DNA from: Azolla caroliniana
Taxonomy: Eukaryota > Plantae > Polypodiophyta
NCBI GenBank assembly: GCA_043228905.1
Contig: JBHGNT010000005.1
Span: forward strand, 6,262,001-6,326,000
DNA: 64,000 bases
Reading direction: 5' to 3'
Part shown: positions 51,601 through 61,580 of the stretch, one piece after another
Numbering within the stretch: position 1 is the stretch's first letter
How the letters are laid out: the number at the start of each line of letters is the position of its first letter
Notes under the pieces: generated by a model
Told to the model about the DNA's origin: nothing
The model's database searches: none
The model's input: only the letters and a program-made list of their open reading frames with translations
Position numbers and translations under genes: made by a program

Positions 51601-52838
51601 ATATGCTTTGTTGCAACCTCTTGGTCCTGGTCAGGACAATCCCAGATGCCTTGGATTCTCATCTTTATAATTTGACTTGCTCGGGGTCCTTCTCTAATGC
51701 GACGCAGTTCCTAAACAATTTAAGCGCGCACGTAGTCGTCGCTCCTAAATAAACAATCACACATGCAAAAGTAAGAAAACAAAGATAGGAAATAATATTT
51801 TATTTTAAGAAAAATGGATCAGACTTACGCAATCACCAAGGTTCGAGAACAACTTGACCAATCAATTAATCAATCTTGGGGCTTTTGATATGGGTTTACA
51901 AGACTCTTGTCACTAAACATGTGGCGCAATTTCTTCGTTACAGCTGGGCACATGATATAGTTGACAACGTTTCGCTCATTAACATGTGTCCGAGCCTTCT
52001 TCTTAGAAATAACATCGTAATAGCCCACGCACAAATGCTCCACAACGCTCACCATTTGATCACCCAGGGTACGAGTTATGTTCGTTTTAACCCTATTTTA
52101 TAATTGAATCGAAACAAGTTAATATATATGTAGTAAGCACCATAGAATCTATAGATCAAATATATAGTAACATAAATCTTACCAATGCATGTGTTCAGTG
52201 GCATGGCATCTCGACTTCAATGCAGTAGTGACCGATAAAGCCTTCTTCAAGAGCCTTGTACGATGATGTTTTTGGGCAGGATTGCTCCACTTCTTCCCAC
52301 GTAGGCCGGGACAACTTTTTCATCATCAACTCTTGTATCTTCATATAAACCTTATGGCTAAAAATTAAAAGAAAGTAAGGTTAGAATGAAGAGCAAATCA
52401 ACAAATCAATACAATGAAAATAAGTCATCACATAGAATACTCATTTTTGAAACTCTATGACCATTTCATCAAGGCTGAACTCCTTGGCGGCCACTCTTAA
52501 TAATACAGATATTGTTGAGAGATCAAGCTCAACTTAGTTTAGTTAGTTAGTCAACCATGTAACTTCGTAGTTACCTAGATAGAATCTAATTAGAAGTGTT
52601 GACTATAACGCCTTAAATAGGACCTTGTACTTAAGTGGGATATTCTAGATCCTCCACTCCTAAGTACATTTAATATAGGACTTACACCTTAGTACCTATA
52701 TTCTACTCACACATGTGCACCTTTGCACATGAGATGTATATATACCTCATTGTGGGTATTTTTGTATGATGATGATGATAATGCTAATTTAATATAGAGT
52801 TAATCATCCCCCATCTTGTGTTGTTCATAAGTGTTAAC

Positions 52839-52892
<54 letters not shown>

Positions 52893-53825
52893 GTAAATAA
52901 TGGCTTTCATTACGAAAGAAAAAACACCACCATGACTAACTTACAACAAACTATAGAACCCCTTCTATCTAGGGATCTAAAGAAAACTATGACACCAAAC
53001 TCAATGCCACCCTACACTCCAATTCAAATGGCGAATATGATGATATGTGACCTTGTAGAGTTCTCTCTCTTCTTGGTTGAGATTTTGTGACTTCTCTCTC
53101 TCTCTCTCTCTCTTCCTCTCATACATAAACACACACATATCACGTAATCTTTCACTTATCAACTAATCACATAATTAGGTACTTATTAGCTCGTAGTTAA
53201 TCACCTAATTCTTAACATGGTACTTATTAACATGGTCATTTTGTAATTTTTGTACGTTCTCCTGTAAATTTCACGTGTCAATTATTAGGGGCATTTTTTG
53301 AAAGCCCTAAATTTTTGGACATGGTATAAATCAATATATTTTGATTCAATTTCCAAAACCCTTTACACATGCGATGTTCCTTTTTGTGAAATCTTTGTGC
53401 CTTTTTTGGACAGACTGTTCTTAGATTGCGACATATTACCTATTTCAAATGACCCAGTGTTTAAAGCTGACTCCGACATAGAGGTATGTCATAAAAGAAT
53501 CAAACATATTAATCTCCAAAAGCTCAAGGGCATGCAGTCGAAAGGAGTCATCATCAAACTCCCAACATTCAAAGATAAGGAGATAATACACAGTGTGAAG
53601 CCTGTCAATTTAGCAAACAACATCGACACCCGTTTCCGAAAGAAAGAAATGTAAGCAAGGGTTTCCTGGATGTAATCCACTCAGATGTGTGGGAACCAAC
53701 TCAAACGGAAACCTTCGGTGGATGTTGGTACTACATCACGTTTATTGACGATCACTCCAGACACACTTGGATTATCCAATGTGCCACAAGAATGAAGTGT
53801 TTACACACTTCCAAAAGTTCAAGCA
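48668..53825 (+). mobile_element. Ty1/Copia element, 3'-truncated and degenerate
   Basis: 5' LTR 48668-49145 (TGTAA..TTACA); PBS TGGTATTTGAGC (tRNA-iMet-like); gag KAPKEAWENLKKIF and zinc knuckle CGYCGKLGH; protease WFVASGVSNHM; GAG-pre-integrase HKRIKHINLQKL; integrase IHSDVW...FIDDHSR. Confidence 0.9.
50656..53461 (-). mobile_element. unclassified TIR DNA transposon (2.8 kb) inserted in Copia, carrying a spliced, decayed ORF
   Basis: Ends AACAC(C/T)GGGT with a second repeat GGTAATATGTCGCA, and TAAA on both flanks. Removing it restores the Copia frame GGC CAT AAA GCT GAC. Minus-strand exons with GT-AG introns at ~52500-51399. Confidence 0.8.
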
Positions 53826-55585
53826 TGAGTGATTGCGCCAATCAACAAGTGGATTTTGTACCTTCAGCCAAGACAAACCAAGGATGACCGGATGTCGCGG
53901 TGAAGTGATAACATAAAATGTTAAGGCCTCATGGTGGTCCTTGAGCTGTAAGATAAGTGGGGCACTGACTTCGGTGACTGCTCCTGAAGAAAGCATGCGT
54001 CCATCAATGGCTTCCACTGGGATTGGCTTGGACAATCGGACAACTGGAAAGTTGTGTTTACGAACAAACCTTTTGTCCATAAAACACGTTGTTGCCCTGG
54101 AATCGAGAAGTGCTAAGGACCTAATTGCCCCCTAATTGAAATCAACTTGAAATGGATGCTTACCAGAAAGGAGAAATCTTTTGTCGATGTAGCCGAACTA
54201 TGGGAGCAACATGAATGTGGATTGTCCAACCACATGGCTCCTACTGTAGTTGGACACCGTCGTTTTCCAGTTGTTGGGGTCGTCTTGTCGTCTTGTTTGT
54301 AGATATTTGTCGTTGATTATTCTTGATTGGCTCAAACAACCGATTGTCACAACTAACTACTTGCGTGATGGCTTGCGACAATGACGTAGGCTTCGGAAAG
54401 TTGAGTAGTAAATTTTTAATCTCGCTTTGAAGTCCCCAACGGAAATGGTCGTAGAGCGCTTGGCCATCCCACTGAACATCACATGCTAATTCTCTAAATT
54501 CAAAGGCATAAACGGATACCGGACGCATACCTTGATGTAATGAATAGAGTTTGGTAATGACAGTTCAACGTCGGTTCGTATCCCCAAATGTTGCCTCAAA
54601 CTCTCCCAGAAAGGCAGGAAAATTTTGTAAACATGGTTATGAAGTTTCGACCAATGGTGCAAACTAGGCTTGTGCAGCTCCAGACAGAAGGGTCCTGATG
54701 AGAGCAACTTGACGAAAATCATCCACATACGGTTGCGGCTGTAGTTGGATAATAAGCTTGATCTGATTTATGAACCCTCAGAAGTGCTTCCTCGTGCCAT
54801 CGAACTTGTTATGTAAACTAATCTTGGGCTCCATACTTGTAGTGGGATGGGGAGGAGTTGGAGAAAGCCTAGACAAGGAACTAGGCTCTATAGGTAGAAC
54901 ATTTGTTGATGTAGGAGGAGAGTTGTTTTTTTCTTCGAGTTCCATCGGTGTTCCAACATGAAGCTTTCGTAACGATTCCCGAAAGTTGTCATTCTCAAGT
55001 TGAAGTTGATGCATGGCTTCCATGAGCTGATTTATTCTCTCGGTAAGATGCGACATGCTGGGGCTTAGAAAATGGGAAGGTGAACAAACTGTCACGAAAG
55101 GGTGGAATGAGGCTAAGTACTAAGAGAGAGTGAGAGCATACGCAAGATCACAAGATTGTCACAGACAAGTAGATGAGGCTCAATATTAAGAGATAACGGG
55201 AGAGAGAGCATAGACAAGAGAACAAGCAAGAGAGAGAGAGAGAAAATAGAAAAATGAACAAGAACTGAATTATGCTTTCGTAACTGGTGTTGTTCACCTT
55301 GATTGTAATCAAGGGGGACCCCAGTATTTATACAAGAATGTGGAAGTATGCATGAAAGCTAAAACACTTCTAGAGAGTGCATGGAAACTTCTAGAGAGTG
55401 CATGAAGATGCATTCTCTAGAAGGTTCTTGAAAGTTCTAGTAATCAATGTATAATGAAATAAGTTGAATCTTATACAATATAATTATGTATAGATGGATG
55501 TAGTTCAACTGGTAAGGTTTCCTAATAAGACTAGAAGATCATGGGTTCAACCCCCACCATTCCATGTGGCATCATGTCTATGACA
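53826..55585 (-). mobile_element. Ty3/Gypsy Tcn1/Tf-like element: 5' LTR, gag, protease; 3'-truncated
   Basis: LTR 55585-55090 (TGTCA..TGACA). Gag EPKISLHNKFDGTRKHF...YAFEFRELA...HFRWGL. Protease ALLDSRATTCFMD...PVILGLSWLKVQNPLVDW. Confidence 0.88.
55495..55564 (+). other. tRNA-like A/B-box cassette inside LTR U3
   Basis: GGATG-TAGTTCAACTGG-TAAG...GATCATGGGTTCAACCCCCACCATTCCA. Confidence 0.6.
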
Positions 55586-56341
55586 CAAATGTTCATCTCC
55601 TTTTAGAGGGGTCCCTATGTTCATTTCTCTTTGTTGAGCCTTCTGTTGCATTAACCCCTTTTTCCCTCACTTACACACACGTTTTAACTCCATCTCTCTG
55701 TTAACCGTTTCTGGGGAAACACCTTTGATGAGCCCATAGGCTATCGGTATCAAGGGATCGTGTTACGTGGAAGCCTCTTCTACACTAAGAAGACGATATG
55801 AGAATGAGGAGCGTACACAGGCTACAACCCGTTAGGCATAGATGTAGCTCGGTTGCGAGTACCGGGGAGAATACACAGATGAAGGAACAGTAAGAGCGAG
55901 ATTTATATTAAATGAAAAGCTCACAACAATTACAATACACGACGCTCGGCTAGAAACAGGTTGTGCAGAGCTCAATGCTACAATAGTAATCTTACTAAAT
56001 AATCTATATCCTCTCCCCTTTGAGGTATGCATATCTCGGGTTATATAGTTTTCCTCTTCAGACAGAGCCAAGCCATCGGCTGATTGTGAGGGCTAAAAAC
56101 TCGACTATTTCTAGTTCTACCTATTTCCTCTCCTATTATTCTACCTACCGACGAGTTTACATAATGTATTTATATTTCTGGCCTATGGACAACACATGGC
56201 ACGCCCATGGGGCAGGACTTTGTCCGTCGGACCCACGATTCACAAAGTGAAGAGATAACCACGGATTTTGCAAAAAACAAAAATTTCTTTACAAAATTTG
56301 CTCGTTTATACAAGGGCTTATGGGTTTGTTTTAATCCTCTT

Positions 56342-59300
56342 CTAATATGCCGAGGATATCCTCAGGGGTGTGGGGTCGGTCTGGCTGCTCAGAAGGTGGG
56401 GTTGGTGATGGAGGTTTTGCTGCCGAGTCGGGGGTGGTTGTGTCGTCGCGTGCGCCACCCTCTGTTGGTTCCGATTCAGGCAGGGTCGTGGTTGTAGTTT
56501 GTGGCTTAGTTGGGATGTGGGGATCTGTAGGGGCAGGTTCCTCCTGTCTGGCTTCCGTGGGGGTGGGCTCAGGTTCTTGCTCGTCGGTTGTGGCAGCTCT
56601 GTTAGTCCAGTAGCTAGGCGTTCCTCTTCGTAAGCTTCGGCTTCTAAACGGAACACCATTAGATCGTCGTTGAATTCCTCGAGAAGTTGCTCGATGGCTG
56701 CAGTGTGGGATGCTGCTAAGGTATGATATTCCTCAGTCAAGTCTTCACGGAGGGTCTGGATGCCGGTGTCATCCATCTTGTAAAATCCTCGACCCTCCTT
56801 CCTTCGGTTCTCGGCGTCCGCGCGTAGTATGTGTAGCTCCGCGGCTTGGGCCGACCATTCCTGCCAGACACGGTCGAGCGTTTCCTCGATCTTCTTGGTG
56901 AATTGTTGGTGATACTTGTTGATCAGGATCTTTATTTTAGTATCGTCCATGTCGATGCTAGCTCGGTGAACTTCCACTTCCTCCATTGCGGCCTTGGCGT
57001 CTTCTTGGCTTTTGCAGACGAGGAGCGCTAAAGTAGCTTGGTTATCCTTTGCTTTTTCGGTTATGAGCGCGATTGTCTGCTCGTAACGTTTGGTGAGCTG
57101 AGCTACAATTTCGTCCCTGTCCTGTCTCCAAGCGTCCCGATGTCGTTCTCCGACGGCGATGTGCTCGGTTTGCAATTGGTGATACGCATCGGAAATTTTC
57201 ACCCTTTGCTCTTCAGAGATCCTCCACTTTTGCATGTGCTCATTTGCCAATTCTTGTAATGCCCTTTGTTGACGGCGTAATTCCTGGTTGTCTGCGAATA
57301 GCTCGCGTTCCCATTGGCTATTCCGCTCTGCTTCTTTGAGGAATCGTTCTTTGGCCTTGGTGACAAAGACCTCAAGGGTCATCACCTCTCTTTCTTGTTC
57401 TTTGAGTGCGGTCGAGCTTTTAGCAAGCAGTCGCTTGAGGTCAGCTTCATGGCCCGCGGCTTGTTCCCGTAGTTGGCCAATCATGTGGTTGTGGTTTTGT
57501 TCCGCTAACTCGGCTAGAGAGATCTGGGCCTTAAGTTCCTTTTGGTAGTCATGGAGGGGAGGTCCGGTCTGGGTTGCAGCTTGCTAGTTCTGGGGAGTGG
57601 GTTCCCTGTCTGTCTGTGTAGATCTTTCCGTGACGACAGGTGGTGGTGATGTTTGCGTGGAAGCGTGGCTGGTTTGGGGTTGCGGGATTCTCTTTGCCTG
57701 TGACGATGGTTCGCTTATATGTACTGAATCTGTCATTGTGCTTGCATCGACCGTGGCTACCCTGGGGTGAGTTGTGTCGTCGTTGTGTGCTTCGGTAACA
57801 GTAGTACTCAGGCTCGGGTTCGGAAGAGGGGCTAGTGGGACATCGTTACTTGGGGCAATGAGGCTTAAGAGTGGCTATTCTTGATGCCAGTTTCTGCTCG
57901 GCGGCTTGCCATAGCTCGGTGGCCCGTTTGGCTTGCTGCTGTGTCGTTTTGACACGTCGAGCCATGTCCTTCGCTGCCCGAGTTGTGTGGTGCAAATTGC
58001 GATATGCCTCGACTAAGGCCATGTTCAGGTCTGGTAACTCCATGAGGAGGGAAGCATTCTGTGCTTGCTTCTTCCGCCCTATCTTTTGTAAGGCTCGATC
58101 CTCGTGAGGTTCGATTTCTCCCATTAGGCATTGGATCATCTTTGTTTCCGCGTGCTCCTCGGCCATACGAGCAACGGCAGCTACTTGGGCGAGCGCGAGA
58201 AAATCCATTAACTCATATGTTGTGCCCAGCTGAAGTAGTGCACTGAACTCGTATGCCTCTGCGGGAAGATCTTTGTAACCGAGGACTTCCTCCTCTGATA
58301 TCTACGTGGTTTGTCCATGCTCGATCCTACTAACTTGGAGCCATGACTCCACTGGTACCATGGCCGTGGAGGTGGTGGTGTCCTCTTTTGATTTCTGATG
58401 TTGTGTGCCCTCAGTTTCTGTGGTTGACTCTCGATTGATGCGGCATCTCTTTTGCGGCTGATCTTGTGAGTCCGGGGCCGGTGGTGTTGGCTCCTCGGCT
58501 TGTTTCCTCTTTTGTTGTCGTATGCCCGAGGGCTGCTGGTTTGTGGAGCGTGGGCTCAGTTGTGGAGAGGGCATTGATGTCCTTGGTGGCTTCTGTCTTA
58601 TGGTGACATCCTCAGTGATGGGCTCCTCGGCCTCGTCCCATTCGACACGGGTCGCTGTTAACGCCTGTTGGTTCTGTGTTTTTGGTGGGGGTGGTGCCGA
58701 GGCGGAAGTAGGGTTCCGAATGGCCGAGGGAGGTGGAGAAGGCGAGGGGTCTTCCCATTCTTCCTGGGTTAATGCCAAAATCTTCTCCCGTTGTTTTCAT
58801 GGTGGTGGTGGGGAGGTCAGGATGCGACGAGGGGAAACTGAAGGAGGTGGGTAGAGAACTGTGAGGAAATGATTAATCATAGGCAACAATCGCTTACCGG
58901 TTTGAAAAGATTCGAGCGCCGCATGGACTCCTTCACAGGTGATGATTCCCCAATCGATTTTGTCGCCTTCGTACGCTCTGATGATGATGGCAACTTTATT
59001 CTGTGGCATACTCGTGGGATTTGTATGCACAAATGCATATTCCATCAAAATCCGGGCGATCTCCCCAAAACCCTTGTTTGGCCCTCCGTACGTGTAGTAA
59101 GCTTTTCCCGACATCGAATACATCCCAAAATATTCCTTGAGGGTCGAGTGGGGAGGGATTTCGACCTCATGGTCCCCGCCTCGTCCAAGGTCTAGAGCAA
59201 TGCGAATCATTTTGTTGGTTATGATGTTAGGGTGGATTTTGCGTGCTATTGTTGGGGCATCTGGGTGCGCTGGGGCGTCGATGACCCGTAAGTACCCGCC

Positions 59301-59375
59301 CAATCCTCATTGTTGTAGCCAAGAACAGGTTTCCTGCGATGCTGCGAGAGGCATGGTGGACTCGAACGTTTGCTG
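56342..59375 (-). pseudogene. retrotransposon 3' extra ORF, disrupted, with a C-terminal coiled coil
   Basis: Consecutive sense-strand frames 59303-58797, 58778-58302, 58208-57846 and 57484-56342 lie between integrase and the 3' LTR. Confidence 0.7.
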
Positions 59376-60792
59376 ACATGGGGCGTGAGGGGAAGTGAGG
59401 AGACGAGGGCGAGAGGAGGCTTGTTTGCAGGAGCGATTAGAACGAGAGAGAGCTTGGGAGCTTGAAGGCGGTGAAGGCAAGAACATTGCTGTGTGAGTGA
59501 GCGCGTTGTGTGTGGGGTAGTTTCTTTTATGTGATTGCCTAGGGTTTTGTGCAGGGAGAAGATCCTTTAGATTCTTGGTTGTGGCTGCCATAATAAGGTA
59601 TTATGGCCGCGCATCCCAGGAGTGCTATGTCTGGTGTGCATGCTCCTTAAATATTCTATTTTAAAGTGAAGGTGACTAGTTGGTGTGCCTAAGAAAATGT
59701 CGTGATTTGGGGTGATTAGTTAGGTAGTTTTAGATAAGGCTAATTTAACTGCTAAAAACCATTCCTACTATATACATTTGGTGGGTAGGTCATTAATTTA
59801 CCGATGGGGACACGTGGCCTCCTTCGTGATGTCGTCCCTGCACTGGTCCGTGCCATGGGACTCGGCTAAGGGATTATCTCGGGTATTCCCATGGTAAGGT
59901 CAAAGTCAGAATCCATTTACCCAACTTTTGACGATGTCTCCGGCAAGTGTGTCGAGTTGGAATGTGCCGTTAAATTCGTCAATTATCCAAAAGGGGCCTG
60001 TCCACCGGAATTGTAATTTCCTCGGCATAGCACCGAGTCGATTTTGGAAGACCAATACTGGTTTGCCGATGGTCAGTGTTTTCTCCATACCTTTCCGGTG
60101 ACAATCGACGAAGGCGTTGCGTTGTCGTTGGCGTTGTTCCAGTTGAGCCATGCTGGTCACTCGATGTTCGCCGAGTTCGAGGAGTTGTTTGAGCCGATAT
60201 TGCTTTGATTGGGCCTCGGGTAGCCTTTCCTTAACTTGAACTCGGAGACTAGGAGCTTGGAACTCGATCGGCATGACTGCTTCCAAACCAAAGGCCATCC
60301 GAAAGGGTGTAGATTGAATGCTAGTTTTAAATGTGGTGCGATATGCCCATAATGCACTCTAGAGCTTGGCATCCCAATCGGTGCGGTTCTCATTGACGAT
60401 CTTTTTCAGGATTGTTTGCAAAATTTTATTAGTAGACTCCACCAATCCGTTTTCCTGAGGATAGTACGGTGTACTTTTCTTATGTACAACCGCATAGTGT
60501 GTAGTGAGCTCGCGAATTATGTGGTTTATAAAATGCCCGCCTTGGTCACTAATGAGCTCAATTGGGCATCCATAGATGTTCGTATACGAATTTTGCCGTG
60601 GATGCAAATGTGTTGTCCCGTAGTGCCTTAGCCTTGACCCATTTTGTGCAATAGTCCGTGGCCACTATTATGTATTTGTTACCGGTGTGGGCCGCGGCGG
60701 GTTTGAAAGGCCCCACAAAATCTAACCCCCACTTTTGAAATGGCTCTAACGGAAGAATGGGTTGGTGCGGCATCCGGGCATGCTCGGTCCGT

Positions 60793-61580
60793 TGTCGTGA
60801 AGAATTTCGGCCAGAGGCGGAAACTGGGAAATATTGGCTACATCGGCGGGGTGCAGCATGTGCACTCACCCTTGTACATTGTAGGAGTCAAGTTGGGACA
60901 GAGAATCCCATGTAAGTCGGGATTTATCCCACATTGTAGCGCATCTCCCTCCTTGTTCTATAAAAGGAATGGAGCGCCTCTTGTGAGAGGGTTGCCCATT
61001 TTTGCATTCGTAGGGTATACCGTTAGAGGAAGAAACGTTCTCTCTTCCTCTTTCTTTCCCCTTATTTTCGGTTTCGTTTCTTTTCTCTGCTTCTTCTTCG
61101 TCCTTCGGTGCGTTGAGCCTTAGCATCTAGCGTTTCAGTTTTCTGCCCTGTACTCTGTGCAAGACCCCGCTCGACGCAACAAGCCCGAGAGCTCCCCGAC
61201 CGGCGGCTTGGCAGTAGACAACAGTTGTATCCTACATGACCTAGGTTCGGCTCGAAGTACGTGTTGAATCTCGTTGTCTTGTAAATACATATACATTTGG
61301 TTGTGCATATTCGTGTCTCTGTTGGTGTGCGTGTGTGTGTCTTAGTGTTTCTTTCTTGCTTATGTACATGAGGGTGCGAGTTGGGTCGGTGCTGTGTGCG
61401 TGTGTGCGAGAGTCAATGTTGCGTGCCTGCTCTCTCTCTCTCTCTCCCTTCGGTTGCTTTCCGGTGTGCTTCTGGGATGCCCCGGAAATGGTGAAGCACG
61501 ACTTCCTACGCTCCGTCACTCCCTAGTCCAAGACCCCCGTGGTCCCACCCTTCTACACGCACGCGCGAAACTTCGCGACA
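60793..61580 (+). mobile_element. solo LTR (788 bp) inserted in Gypsy integrase
   Basis: TGTCGTGAAG...CTTCGCGACA with CCGT on both flanks and an internal TATAAAA. Removing it restores [17 protein letters not shown]. Confidence 0.9.

Noticed and set aside
52513-52920. Possible solo LTR (TGTTGAGAG..) inside the TIR element, and a 10-bp inverted repeat near 52887-52920
   Set aside because: No matching CA end or TSD was found, and the inverted repeat is short enough to be chance.
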